NCBI GenBank assembly: GCA_964524005.1
Contig: CAZGBK010000001.1
Coordinates: 133,187 to 197,186, forward strand
Direction of reading: 5' to 3'
DNA: 64,000 nucleotides
Source of the DNA: an uncultured Enterobacteriaceae bacterium
GTDB taxonomy: Bacteria; Pseudomonadota; Gammaproteobacteria; Burkholderiales; UBA3065
Under the pieces are notes generated by a model that saw nothing but the letters and a program-made list of their open reading frames with translations, was not told the origin of the DNA and searched no databases. Both the position numbers and the translations under genes were made by a program. Shown piece after piece: positions 52,748-62,449 of the stretch (its first letter is position 1; each line of letters begins with the position of its first letter).

Positions 52748-54076
52748 CTAGAAGAACTGCAAGTAGTTGTCGACTTCCCAATCCGACACATGGCGCATGT
52801 ACTCGACCCACTCCATGCGCTTGAGGCTAAGGAACTCAGGGGCCAGCGGCCCCAGTGCGCCCAGCACGACCGCGTCTTTCTCCAGCGCATCGAGCGCTTC
52901 TTTAAGGTTCTGCGGCAGTACCCGGATACCACGACGCTTGAGCTGTGCCGGCGTCATGTCGTAGAGGCTGTCGGTCACCGGCTCGCCTGGGTCGAGCTTG
53001 CGCTCGATGCCGTCGAGGCCAGCGGCGATGACGGCGGCTGTGGCCAGGTACGGGTTGGCCGAGCCGTCGGGTAAGCGCAGTTCTAGCCGGCCACCCGGAC
53101 CACGGATCATGCCGGTGCGGTTGTTGTTGCCGTAGCAGATGTAGGCGGGAGCCCACGTCGCCCCGGTCAGCGAGCGCCCAACCACCAGCCGTTTGTAGCT
53201 GTTCACCGTCGGGCAGCAAATGGCCGTGAGCGCCGGAGCATGTGCCAGCAAGCCCGCAGCAAACTGATAGGCCAGCGGCGACAGGCTCAGCCCGCGAGAA
53301 TCGCTGGCGTCTTCAAACAAATTACGTTTGCCGTCGCCGACGCTCATGTGCATGTGCAGACCGTTGCCCGGGCGGTTGCTGAACGGTTTCGGCATGAACG
53401 AACAGATCAGACCCAGCTCGTTCGCGATCTCGGCCGCACCCATCTTGAAGAAGGTGTAGTGGTCGCACGAGGTCAGCGCGTCGGAATACGTGTAATTGAT
53501 CTCGAACTGGCCGTTCGCGTCCTCGTGGTCGATCTGGTACACATCGATCCCCACAGCACGCATCGACTCCGCCAGCCGCTCAAGGAAGACCCGCGAGCGG
53601 GACAAGCCCTTGTAGTCGTAGCAGGGCTTGGCAAGGGTGTCAGAGTCGTCGCAGGGCACGATGCGCCCTTCCACGCGGCGCAGCAGCGAGAACTCGGGCT
53701 CGAGACCGGTGTAGAAGGTCCAACCCTTGGCGGCCATGCGCGCGAGTTGCTGCTTAAGGATCACGCGCGAATCGCAGGCATAGGGCTTACCATGCAGATG
53801 GCCGTCGCAGGCCATCCGTGCATACCCAGGCTGCCAAGGCACAAGACTGAGCGTGTTCGGGTCGCCTACGGCCATGTAGTCGCCATCGACGTTGGGCTGC
53901 ATGCCCATGCCAGAGATCGCAAAACCAGCGAATCCGGCACCATCGGTGATCACAGTATCGTAGTGCTCGGCCGGCACCGATTTCGCCTTGGCCGTGCCGT
54001 GCATGTCGACAAACTGTGCCAGCACGTACTTCACCCCTTGGTCCTTCAAGAACTTCTTGGCATCTGCCCGATTCAT
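52748..54076 (-). CDS. gmaS: Gamma-glutamylmethylamide synthetase (glutamine synthetase-like)
   Basis: GS catalytic-domain motifs ([15 protein letters not shown]). Start chosen at ATG 54076 (SD GAGGGGAG). Sandwiched between the mgd and mgs genes. Confidence 0.72.
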   Translation of the reverse strand: MNRADAKKFLKDQGVKYVLAQFVDMHGTAKAKSVPAEHYDTVITDGAGFAGFAISGMGMQPNVDGDYMAVGDPNTLSLVPWQPGYARMACDGHLHGKPYACDSRVILKQQLARMAAKGWTFYTGLEPEFSLLRRVEGRIVPCDDSDTLAKPCYDYKGLSRSRVFLERLAESMRAVGIDVYQIDHEDANGQFEINYTYSDALTSCDHYTFFKMGAAEIANELGLICSFMPKPFSNRPGNGLHMHMSVGDGKRNLFEDASDSRGLSLSPLAYQFAAGLLAHAPALTAICCPTVNSYKRLVVGRSLTGATWAPAYICYGNNNRTGMIRGPGGRLELRLPDGSANPYLATAAVIAAGLDGIERKLDPGEPVTDSLYDMTPAQLKRRGIRVLPQNLKEALDALEKDAVVLGALGPLAPEFLSLKRMEWVEYMRHVSDWEVDNYLQFF

Positions 54077-54119
54077 CGCGCTCCCCTCGCTTGTGCTCAG
54101 ACGTCTCGCGTCGGCCTTG

Positions 54120-54791
54120 TCAGGCGCCGACATGCTTCAACAGCAGGCCCGCCCCGACCGGCCCACCACCCAGATCCGCCGCGACATCGCAGAGGGTCTG
54201 CCACAGATATCCGCCATAGGTGCCGTCGCACCAAACGCGGTACACCGTCGCGTCAGCATCGGCGCCGGCAGGCGTGGCGGCTACGGTCACACCCACGCCG
54301 ACCATCGAGGTGAGAGCGAGGTCACCACGCGCGGCAGACAGTGCGCCGATATCGATCGCGCAGATCTCCCGGAACAGCTCGATGGCCTGCGGGCCACTCA
54401 CCAGGAGCGCCGCATCAAAGCGCGGCACCGGGTAGACATCGCTGGCCGCAGGCAAAGCCGATACGCGCTCGACAGCGGACGCACCCCGCGCATCCTCCAC
54501 CAGGTATTCGGTCAGCCCTAGGCGCAGCACCAGCGAATCGCCGCTGCGGCACCAAGCATTTGGGCGGTCGGGCGTGGTGAGCCCCAAGCCCGCCAGTGCG
54601 GCAGCGGCACCCGGCCCCTTCAGGCCAGTGCGTCGGCAATGGCTCAGGTCGCCGATCGCTACGGTCTGCAAACTGCTTGCTTGCTCGCCGGTGAAGCGCT
54701 CGACACAACGCATGGCCTCTAGCTCGAGCCATGCCGCGGCGCGCGCCGACTGCGCATCACTCAGGGGACTGACGCGTGCGGGCGCGCTCAT
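54120..54791 (-). CDS. mgdD: N-methylglutamate dehydrogenase subunit D (SoxG-like gamma subunit)
   Basis: 223 aa. ATG 54791 overlaps the mgdC stop (ATGA). SoxG-like size and position. The ORF's upstream extension to 55292 lies inside mgdC and was rejected. Confidence 0.65.
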   Translation of the reverse strand: MSAPARVSPLSDAQSARAAAWLELEAMRCVERFTGEQASSLQTVAIGDLSHCRRTGLKGPGAAAALAGLGLTTPDRPNAWCRSGDSLVLRLGLTEYLVEDARGASAVERVSALPAASDVYPVPRFDAALLVSGPQAIELFREICAIDIGALSAARGDLALTSMVGVGVTVAATPAGADADATVYRVWCDGTYGGYLWQTLCDVAADLGGGPVGAGLLLKHVGA

Positions 54792-57685
54792 GACGGCTCC
54801 TTCTGACGCAGGTCTTCGGGGTCGAAGAATGGGGTCTCGCAGACTTCGGCGTTCACCATCGAACCATCGGTCACGCGGACCTGGAACACCGTACCCGGCG
54901 TCGTCATGTCGGGCGGCAGGAATGCCAAGCCGATGTGATGGCCGAGGTTCGGACTCCAGTAGATGCTGGTGATGCGGCCGGCGATCTCGCCGTTGACGAT
55001 CACCAGATGGCACTCCTGCGGCACCTGACCGCTGTAGCCGGCAGGCAGCTTGAAGCCGGCCAACGTGCGCTTGAGCGGCATCTGCTTGAGGATCTTCAGC
55101 GAGCGCTGGCCGACGAAGAACGGCTTGTCGAGCTTCACCGCCCAGTCCATGCTCACCTCGAACGGGTGGGTCAGACCGTCGGTGTCCTGACTGACGATGA
55201 GGTGGCCCTTCTCCAGACGCAGCAGCCGCTGCGCCTCGACCCCGAAGGGGCCAATGCCGTAGGGCGCCCCGGCTTGCATCAGGGCATCCCACAGGGTGGG
55301 ACCGTACTCAGCCGGTACGTGGATCTCGTAGCCCCATTCGCCAACGAAGCCGACGCGCATCATGCGTGCCGGGATACCGGCCACGTGGCCGACGCGCACC
55401 GCCAGGTAGGGGAACGACTCCGCCGACAGGTCGATATCGCACAGCGGGCCGAGCACCTTGCGGCAGTCGGGACCGGCCAGGTTCACCGACGCATAGGCGC
55501 CGGTCAGATTGACGATGCCGCACTGCAGCCGCCACTCGGCATTGAGGCGCGACAGTTCACGATAGACATTCGCCGCGCCCGAGGTCGTTGTCGTGAAGTA
55601 GTAGACCTCTTCGGACAGGCGAGCGATGACCCCTTCGTCGGTCAGCACCCCAGAGTCGTCGCACGTGATGCCGTAGCGCGTGCCACCGACCTTGAGCAGA
55701 TCGATGCGGGCGGTGTAGACGCGGTTGAGGAACTCCGCCGCCTGCGGGCCGCGGATCTCGATCTTGCCGAGCGTGCCGACGTCGATCATTGCCACCTTGG
55801 TGCGCACGCGACGGACCTCGTCGTGGATGCACTCGATGCGCGACTTGCCCGGCACCGCGTAGTACTCCGGACGCTCCCAGGCGCCGGCAGGCATGAACAC
55901 CGCTCCGAGCGCGGCGTGCCGTCCGTGCAGGGGGCTGCGGCGCTGCGGATGGAAGCCCCGGCCACCCAGGTGCGACATCGGTACCGGATGGAAGAACGGC
56001 CGCGCCGTGGTGGTACCGACCTGCTGCGGCGATTTGCCGGTGAGGCGCGCGAGGATGCGCAGCGCCGTCATGTTCGAGTGCTTGCCCTGACTCGGGCCCA
56101 TGCCCACGGTGGTGAAGCGCTTGAGCAGCTCGATGTTGTCGTAGCCCTCCTGCACCGCGTTCTCGAAATCCTTGACCTGCAGGTCCTCGTCGAAGTCGAC
56201 GAAGTTCTTCGCCGACGGGTGTGCAACCACTGGCCAGGGGTGGGTCGGCCGGCTAGTTTCGGTCTGCACCTCGACACTGCGCGGGGCCGTCCCCAAGACA
56301 TGCGCGGCAGCGGCAGCGCCGGCGCGCTCGCCATCACGCAACTTGGCGTCGAAGCCGAACAGGCCGTTGACCCGCCCACAGGCAAATACGCCTTCGGGCA
56401 GCGCATCGGGCACGAACTGCTGCAGTCGCTCATCGAAGCGCATCTTGGTGCCAGCCTGGTAAAGCAGGTTGGCCGCGGGCGCCCAACCGGTGCTCATGGC
56501 CACGCCGTCACAATCGATGCGGCGAGCCGTCGACGCATCCGCCGTGCCGTCACGGACGCGGCACACCGTGACCGCTGCCAAAGTCCCTGCCGAATCGGCG
56601 TGCGCTTCGTAGATGCCGCTTCCGGCCAGACACTCGACTCCGCGCGAGCGCACCGCCTCGACCAGCGGGCCAGCCGACAGCGGTTCGCGCAGGTCCGCCA
56701 CGGCCATTACTTGCACGCCAGCATCCAACAAGTCGAGGGCGACCCGATACGCGTCGTCGTTGGCCGCCAACACCACAGCGCGTCGGGCCGGTTGTACGGC
56801 GTATCGGTGGATCAGCCGTTGCATCGCGGAGCCAAGCATCACACCTGGCAAGTCGTTGTTGCGGAACACCGCTGGCTGCTCAAAGGCACCGCTGGCCATC
56901 ACTGTGGCACCCGCGCGCAGCTTGGTCATGCGCTTGCCATCGACCAAGGGGATCCATTGATCGGCATACCAGGCGGCGGCAAGCGTTCCGGTATAGAGCC
57001 GAATGTTCGGATCGGCAGCAACCTGGTCGAGCAATGCGCGAGTCGCATCGCGCTGACCTGCATCGCCACCGAGCTGGTAGAGGCCGCTGCCGCCAGCCTG
57101 GGCATTCTCGTCGACCAGCACGACCCGCGCTCCAGCCGCCGACGCAGCAAGTGCGGCCGACAAACCCGAGGGGCCAGCGCCGATCACGGCGACGTCGCAA
57201 AAGTCGTAGCGCTTGGGCGTGCGGATGTGCGGAGTCGAAAGATCGAGTCGACCCAATCCGGTGATCGCGCGGAACATGCGCTCCCAGGTCGGGAACCAGC
57301 GCTTGCTATAGAAGGCCTTGTAGTAGAAGCCAACCGGCAGGAATGCTGAAAGGCGATCGAGAAAACGCACGCGATCGGCCTGAAGCCCGCCCCAGGTGTT
57401 GACCGCTGTCAGGTCCATGCCATCACGCAAGAGCTCGACGTCGCCGCGAACATTCAGGCGCTGGCCGTCCTGCAGCAACACGTTCACGTCGTGGTTGGCC
57501 ATCGACAAGATGCCGCGCGGACGGTGGTACTTGAAGCTGCGCCCCAGGACCCGCACGCCAGCCGCCCACAACGCGCTGCTTACGGCATCGCCAGCAAACC
57601 CGGTGTAGTCGCGACCCTCGAAACGGAACCGCACCAAGCGCGTCCGGTCGATCCATTCCGCTGGCTGTTGAGGAAGCCGGCTCAT
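54788..57685 (-). CDS. mgdC: N-methylglutamate dehydrogenase subunit C (SoxA-like alpha subunit with GcvT-type folate-binding domain)
   Basis: 965 aa. N-terminal 2Fe-2S-like/NAD(FAD) region (VAVIGAGPSGLSAA) and a C-terminal aminomethyltransferase-like domain. Confidence 0.78.
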   Translation of the reverse strand: MSRLPQQPAEWIDRTRLVRFRFEGRDYTGFAGDAVSSALWAAGVRVLGRSFKYHRPRGILSMANHDVNVLLQDGQRLNVRGDVELLRDGMDLTAVNTWGGLQADRVRFLDRLSAFLPVGFYYKAFYSKRWFPTWERMFRAITGLGRLDLSTPHIRTPKRYDFCDVAVIGAGPSGLSAALAASAAGARVVLVDENAQAGGSGLYQLGGDAGQRDATRALLDQVAADPNIRLYTGTLAAAWYADQWIPLVDGKRMTKLRAGATVMASGAFEQPAVFRNNDLPGVMLGSAMQRLIHRYAVQPARRAVVLAANDDAYRVALDLLDAGVQVMAVADLREPLSAGPLVEAVRSRGVECLAGSGIYEAHADSAGTLAAVTVCRVRDGTADASTARRIDCDGVAMSTGWAPAANLLYQAGTKMRFDERLQQFVPDALPEGVFACGRVNGLFGFDAKLRDGERAGAAAAAHVLGTAPRSVEVQTETSRPTHPWPVVAHPSAKNFVDFDEDLQVKDFENAVQEGYDNIELLKRFTTVGMGPSQGKHSNMTALRILARLTGKSPQQVGTTTARPFFHPVPMSHLGGRGFHPQRRSPLHGRHAALGAVFMPAGAWERPEYYAVPGKSRIECIHDEVRRVRTKVAMIDVGTLGKIEIRGPQAAEFLNRVYTARIDLLKVGGTRYGITCDDSGVLTDEGVIARLSEEVYYFTTTTSGAANVYRELSRLNAEWRLQCGIVNLTGAYASVNLAGPDCRKVLGPLCDIDLSAESFPYLAVRVGHVAGIPARMMRVGFVGEWGYEIHVPAEYGPTLWDALMQAGAPYGIGPFGVEAQRLLRLEKGHLIVSQDTDGLTHPFEVSMDWAVKLDKPFFVGQRSLKILKQMPLKRTLAGFKLPAGYSGQVPQECHLVIVNGEIAGRITSIYWSPNLGHHIGLAFLPPDMTTPGTVFQVRVTDGSMVNAEVCETPFFDPEDLRQKEPS

Positions 57686-57939
57686 GGCTCGCCTCCGGGT
57701 AACCAGGTGCGCAACACACGGTCTTTCTCTGTGTCACGTTCGGCGATGAACCAGGTGTTGCTGGGTGTGTGGCACCACCATTCGCGCTTCACGCCAGGGG
57801 CTCCATTGCGGTTGAACACGAAATCGGCCCATTCGGCGTCGCTGCAGGTGGCAGCGTCGGGCGCAGGACGCAGTTCGCCCCAGTAGACAAACTCCGACAC
57901 CGGGCGCAGACCATTCAGCGGGCAAGGCATCAGTTTCAT
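57682..57939 (-). CDS. mgdB: N-methylglutamate dehydrogenase subunit B (SoxD-like delta subunit)
   Basis: 85 aa starting MKLMPCPLNG.RP..EF. Typical SoxD Cys/His pattern. ATGA overlap with mgdC. Confidence 0.75.
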   Translation of the reverse strand: MKLMPCPLNGLRPVSEFVYWGELRPAPDAATCSDAEWADFVFNRNGAPGVKREWWCHTPSNTWFIAERDTEKDRVLRTWLPGGEP

Positions 57940-57940
57940 G

Positions 57941-59182
57941 TCAATGCCCCACGCTCGCTGCGCCCTTCTCGCCGGTGAGCGCATAGTTGCGGAAGCGATC
58001 CAACGAGAAACCGGTGATCAGGTCGTGCGGGGCATCGTTGGCGACCGTCCACGCCATGGTCTTGCCGCACACCGGCGTCGCCTTGAACCCCCAAGTGCCC
58101 CAGCCGGAATCGAGGTAGAAGCCTTCGACCGGGGTCTTGCCCATGATCGGCGCAAAGTCAGGCGTCATGTCGGCCATGCCGGCCCACTGACGATTCACCT
58201 TTACATGCGACAGGAACGGGAACATGTCGAGCATGTGTGCCGACAAGCCCTCGGTGAAGTCGAGCGTCGAGCGCGTCGACTGCACCTCGTAGGGGTCCAA
58301 AGATGCGCCCATCACCAACTCGCCGCGGGCGCTTTGACTGATATAGATGTGCAAGCTACCGGATACGAAGATCTGGTCGAGCCAGGGCTTCATCGGCTCG
58401 CTGACCATCGCCTGCAGCGGGTGGATATAGATCGGCGTATCGACTCCGACCATCTCGGTGACGCGGGGGGTGAAGCCAGCCACCGCGCAAAGGACCTTGT
58501 TGGTGGCGATGTGCCCCCGCGTGGTCTGTACACCGACCACCTTGCCGCCCTTGACCTCGATACCGGTCACCGCCGTCTGCTGATGGATCTCGACGCCGCG
58601 TTGGCAAGCACCACGCCCGTAGCCCCAAGCCACTGCATCGTGGCGGGCCACTGCGCCGGGAGCGTGATACAGCGCACCGAGGATGGGGGCATGACCACTA
58701 CAGCTGATATCGATGCTCGGACACGCGCGTTTGACGAAATCCGGCCCCACCAGCTCCGACTCGATGCCGTAGTGCTTGTTGACCTCCGCGCGCCAGCGCA
58801 TGGTGCGTACGGCCGAGTCAGTGTGAGCAAGCGTGAAATGCCCGCGGGTGGAATAGAACAGGTTGAGGTCGAAGTCCTCGCTAAGGTCTTGCCACAGCTT
58901 CACCGAGGCGTCGTAGAACTTCACACCTTCGGGCGTGAGGTAATTCGAGCGGATGATGGTCGTATTGCGTCCGGTATTGCCGCCGCCGATGTAGCCTTTC
59001 TCCAGTACAGCGACGTTGGTGATGCCGTGCTCTCGCGCCAGATAGTAGGCCGCAGCCAGCCCGTGTCCGCCGGCACCGATGATGACCACGTCATAGGCTG
59101 GCTTCAGGTCACCAGGTGGCGAGAACATCCGCGGCTCGGGATGCTTGCGGCTCAGGCCAAAACGCAGGAGTCTCCAGGGCAT
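57941..59182 (-). CDS. mgdA: N-methylglutamate dehydrogenase subunit A (SoxB-like FAD-dependent beta subunit)
   Basis: YDVVIIGAGGHGLAAAYYLA dinucleotide fold and NTTIIRSNY. First gene of the minus-strand operon. An alternative start at 59128 is possible. Confidence 0.78.
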   Translation of the reverse strand: MPWRLLRFGLSRKHPEPRMFSPPGDLKPAYDVVIIGAGGHGLAAAYYLAREHGITNVAVLEKGYIGGGNTGRNTTIIRSNYLTPEGVKFYDASVKLWQDLSEDFDLNLFYSTRGHFTLAHTDSAVRTMRWRAEVNKHYGIESELVGPDFVKRACPSIDISCSGHAPILGALYHAPGAVARHDAVAWGYGRGACQRGVEIHQQTAVTGIEVKGGKVVGVQTTRGHIATNKVLCAVAGFTPRVTEMVGVDTPIYIHPLQAMVSEPMKPWLDQIFVSGSLHIYISQSARGELVMGASLDPYEVQSTRSTLDFTEGLSAHMLDMFPFLSHVKVNRQWAGMADMTPDFAPIMGKTPVEGFYLDSGWGTWGFKATPVCGKTMAWTVANDAPHDLITGFSLDRFRNYALTGEKGAASVGH

Positions 59183-59200
59183 GATTCTTCAGTCGACAGG

Positions 59201-59233
59201 TTAAAGGATGCAGGCGAGGCACTCGGCCTTTAA
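59201..59233. promoter_or_regulatory. Inverted repeat TTAAAGG-N19-CCTTTAA in the mgdA / regulator divergent intergenic region
   Basis: Perfect 7-bp arms at 59201-59207 and 59227-59233, 19-51 nt upstream of the mgdA ATG. Function unknown. Confidence 0.3.
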
Positions 59234-59333
59234 TGTTTACTCAGAGGAAACTATTATTCTCAGGAACGTTTATAGCCGAGCGCAAATCAGTGGTCAACTA
59301 TCTTTCTTGTAGTGAAACAACGCGGCGAAACAG

Positions 59334-59984
59334 ATGGGTGAACACATGACACCGCCCAGTCGACCTGAGCCCAGCCCGGCTGTCGACACCTCCGTTCTCG
59401 ACGGCGTAGCCTTGGGGCGTTGCTTGGGCACGGCGCTGCGCGAGCAGCGTTTGGCGCACAAGCTCACGATTGCCGATGTCGCCGAACGCGCTGGCATCTC
59501 GCGGGGCATGCTGTCGAAGATCGAGAATGGCCAAAGCGCGACTAGCCTCGAGACCCTGCATCGCCTGGCCCGCGCTCTGGGCGTGTCGTTGTCGGCACTG
59601 TTCCGCGATGTCGATGTGATCGAGGGTGATGCTCAATTGATTCGAGCTGGTGAAGGGATGGAAGTGGTTCGGCGCGGAACCAAGCGCGGACACACTTACC
59701 AGTTGCTGGCCTACGACCAAGGCCCGAAAAAGCTGTTTGAGCCGTTCCTGATCAGCCTGGACGACGCATCGGAGGTGTTTCCGACGTTTCAGCATCCAGG
59801 CACCGAGTTCATCCACATGCTGCAAGGCCGCATGGCCTATCGGCATGGCAACGACACACACGAGCTCGGCCCCGGGGACACCCTGACCTTTCGTGGCGAC
59901 GTACCCCACGGACCCGAGGTCTTGCGCGAAACACCGATCCGCTTCCTCGCGATCATCGTTTACGGCGACGCTGGCGAATCATGA
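59334..59984 (+). CDS. XRE-family HTH + cupin domain transcriptional regulator (PuuR-like architecture)
   Basis: HTH segment LTIADVAERAGISRGMLSKIENG and a C-terminal cupin (HPGTEFIHMLQG...GD). Divergent from mgdA. Start is 59334 or 59346. Confidence 0.8.
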   Translation: MGEHMTPPSRPEPSPAVDTSVLDGVALGRCLGTALREQRLAHKLTIADVAERAGISRGMLSKIENGQSATSLETLHRLARALGVSLSALFRDVDVIEGDAQLIRAGEGMEVVRRGTKRGHTYQLLAYDQGPKKLFEPFLISLDDASEVFPTFQHPGTEFIHMLQGRMAYRHGNDTHELGPGDTLTFRGDVPHGPEVLRETPIRFLAIIVYGDAGES

Positions 59985-60475
59985 CCGCTGCCAAGGCAGA
60001 GCCGTCCCCACCCGAAGGACTGCGACTTGGGGTGGCCCAGGCCACCGACATCCCCGCACTAGTCCGCCTGTTGGACCAGTTGTTCGCCATCGAGTCCGAC
60101 TTTTCCGCCGACGCCAGCCGTCAGGAACGTGGCTTGCGCAGTGTCCTGTCCAGCCCCACCGCTTGTGTCATGGTTGCCCGGAGCGCGGCCGGGACGCCGG
60201 TCGCCATGTGTTCAGCTCAGCTCGTCTACTCGACCGCAGAGGGAGCGCCCTCGGCATGGATCGAAGATGTGATCGTGGATGCGGCTTGGCGCAGCCGCGG
60301 CCTTGGCCGTTCGGTCCTGCAGGCCACTCTCGACTGGGCTCGCTCGCAAGGCGCGACCCGGGCACAGTTGATGGCCGACCTCGACAACCAACCAGCACTC
60401 GACTTCTATCGCCGGTTGGGCTGGGCAACAACGCGCCTGGGTGCCCTGCGCCTGCAGTTGGTCGATCGACAGTAA
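59981..60475 (+). CDS. GNAT family N-acetyltransferase
   Basis: 164 aa with the acetyl-CoA motif region VDAAWRSRGLGRSVL. ATGA overlap with the regulator gene. Confidence 0.8.
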   Translation: MTAAKAEPSPPEGLRLGVAQATDIPALVRLLDQLFAIESDFSADASRQERGLRSVLSSPTACVMVARSAAGTPVAMCSAQLVYSTAEGAPSAWIEDVIVDAAWRSRGLGRSVLQATLDWARSQGATRAQLMADLDNQPALDFYRRLGWATTRLGALRLQLVDRQ

Positions 60476-60579
60476 CCCCAGGGCACATTCCGCACCGACA
60501 GTATTGCCGCTGGCAAGAGACGCCCTCGGCACGGCCCAAGGCAGTGCCCAAGATGACGCGGAACTGCCCAAAAACGCAC

Positions 60580-60604
60580 AAAAAAAGGGCACCCGGAGGT
60601 GCCC
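60580..60604 (-). terminator. Rho-independent terminator after amtB (GGGCACC-tccg-GGTGCCC followed by T7 on the minus strand)
   Basis: 7-bp GC stem at 60587-60593 / 60598-60604. The A-run at 60580-60586 on the plus strand gives the U-tract on the minus strand. Lies 27 nt downstream of the amtB stop. Confidence 0.7.
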
Positions 60605-60630
60605 CAAGACCCATCTCGAGGGAGATGTAT

Positions 60631-62019
60631 TTAATTGTGGTAGGCAGTCTCGCCGTGATAGGTGGTGTCGAGCCCCTCGCGCTCGTCTTCCTCGCGGACC
60701 CGCAGCCCGACCACCATGTCGGCGATCTTGTAGGCAATGTAGGCAACCACTGCAGACCAGACGATGGTGATGACGACGCCCTCGGCTTGAATCAACAGCT
60801 GGCTGCCGATCTCGAGCTCATCGTCGATACCGCCCAAGCTGGCTGCCGAGAACACGCCGGTCAGCAGGGCACCGATGATGCCGCCGACACCGTGCACGCC
60901 GAACACGTCGAGCGAGTCGTCGGCGCCGATCATGCGCTTCAGGCTACTGACCGCCCAGAAGCAGATCACGCCGGAGATGAAGCCGATCACGATCGCCCCC
61001 ATCGGGCCGACAGAACCGCAGGCCGGGGTGATCGCCACCAGGCCAGCGACCGCACCCGAGGCAGCGCCAAGCATCGATGCCTTGCCGCGCAGCACCGCCT
61101 CGGCGACCGACCAAGCCACCACAGCAGCAGACGTGGCGAGCAGGGTGTTCACGACGGCCAGGGCAGCGTCGGGGCCAGCCTCGAGAGCCGAGCCAGCGTT
61201 GAAGCCGAACCAGCCCACCCACAGCATGGCCGCACCGAGCATGGTCAGCGGCAGCGAGTGCGGAGGCATCGCTTCCTTGCCGTAGCCCATCCGCTTGCCC
61301 AGCACATACGCACCCACCAAACCGGCGACGCCGGAGTTGATGTGCACCACGGTGCCGCCAGCAAAGTCGAGCGCGCCCTTGTCGAGCAGGTAGCCGCCCT
61401 CACCCCAGACCATGTGCGCGATCGGCAGATAGGCAAAGGTGAACCACAGCACAGAGAACAGCAACACCGCCGAGAACTTCATACGTTCGGCGTAGGAGCC
61501 GACGATGAGCGCGGCGGTCAAGCCGGCGAATGTTGCCTGGAAGGCAACGAACAACAGTTCAGGCAGCTTGTATTCGTCGCTGAACGTGTCGGCGAGCGAA
61601 TCGATGGTCACCCCACTGAGGAACAACTTGTCGAAGTTGGCGTAGATCAAGCCCTCGCCGCCAAATGCAAGGCTGTACCCATAGATTCCCCATAGGACAA
61701 CAATCAGCGAGAACACAACCATGACCTGCATCAACACCGAGAGGATGTTCTTCGAGCGGACCATGCCACCGTAGAACAGCGCCAGACCCGGCACCATCAT
61801 CACCACCAACAGCGTGGCGACGATCATCCAGGCAACGTCGCCCTTGTCGACAGTCGCTTCGACCGCCTCTTCTTCGGCCATTGCTTCGTCGGCCGCTTCG
61901 TCAGCCTCGACCTGCTCGGCCGCGATCGGCTCCTCATACAGCTCTTCTTCGGCCATGACCGGGGCGGCCAAGCCGAATCCGGCGACCATGGCCAGCGAGA
62001 GCAAAAGTCTCTTCAGCAT
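60631..62019 (-). CDS. amtB: Ammonium transporter AmtB with acidic N-terminal extension
   Basis: Amt/MEP family (PGLALFYGG, DFAGGTVVHI, GVHGVGG). Start chosen at ATG 62019 (SD AAGGAG), 10 nt after glnK. Signal peptide, then an E/A-rich ~35 aa segment. Confidence 0.93.
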   Translation of the reverse strand: MLKRLLLSLAMVAGFGLAAPVMAEEELYEEPIAAEQVEADEAADEAMAEEEAVEATVDKGDVAWMIVATLLVVMMVPGLALFYGGMVRSKNILSVLMQVMVVFSLIVVLWGIYGYSLAFGGEGLIYANFDKLFLSGVTIDSLADTFSDEYKLPELLFVAFQATFAGLTAALIVGSYAERMKFSAVLLFSVLWFTFAYLPIAHMVWGEGGYLLDKGALDFAGGTVVHINSGVAGLVGAYVLGKRMGYGKEAMPPHSLPLTMLGAAMLWVGWFGFNAGSALEAGPDAALAVVNTLLATSAAVVAWSVAEAVLRGKASMLGAASGAVAGLVAITPACGSVGPMGAIVIGFISGVICFWAVSSLKRMIGADDSLDVFGVHGVGGIIGALLTGVFSAASLGGIDDELEIGSQLLIQAEGVVITIVWSAVVAYIAYKIADMVVGLRVREEDEREGLDTTYHGETAYHN

Positions 62020-62029
62020 GATGCGCTCC

Positions 62030-62449
<420 letters not shown>

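Noticed and set aside
54935-57349. 804-aa plus-strand ORF, with neighbours 53240-54313 and 57938-59233.
   Set aside because: They are antisense to mgdC, gmaS and mgdA, which carry clear FAD-binding, GcvT-like and GS motifs. The antisense translations are Arg/His/Ala-rich with no motifs.
54120-59182. Calling the four-gene set a heterotetrameric sarcosine oxidase (soxBDAG), and 49701-54076 a glutamine synthetase plus glutamate synthase for primary nitrogen assimilation.
   Set aside because: Sox-like subunits together with a GS-like gene and three split GltB-domain genes in one operon are diagnostic of the N-methylglutamate methylamine pathway. A true GltB is one large polypeptide partnered with GltD.
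59208-59226. A sigma54 promoter for the mgd operon around GGCAC at 59217-59221, and another in the 49538-49700 spacer (TGGCAT).
   Set aside because: In both cases the GG-to-GC spacing does not fit the -24/-12 geometry, and at 59217 the GGCAC is on the wrong strand for mgdA.
59893-61695. 600-aa plus-strand ORF spanning the regulator end, the GNAT gene and the antisense strand of amtB.
   Set aside because: It is out of frame with the well-supported regulator and GNAT genes and antisense to amtB. It also crosses a clear intrinsic terminator. Its composition is a low-complexity artefact.
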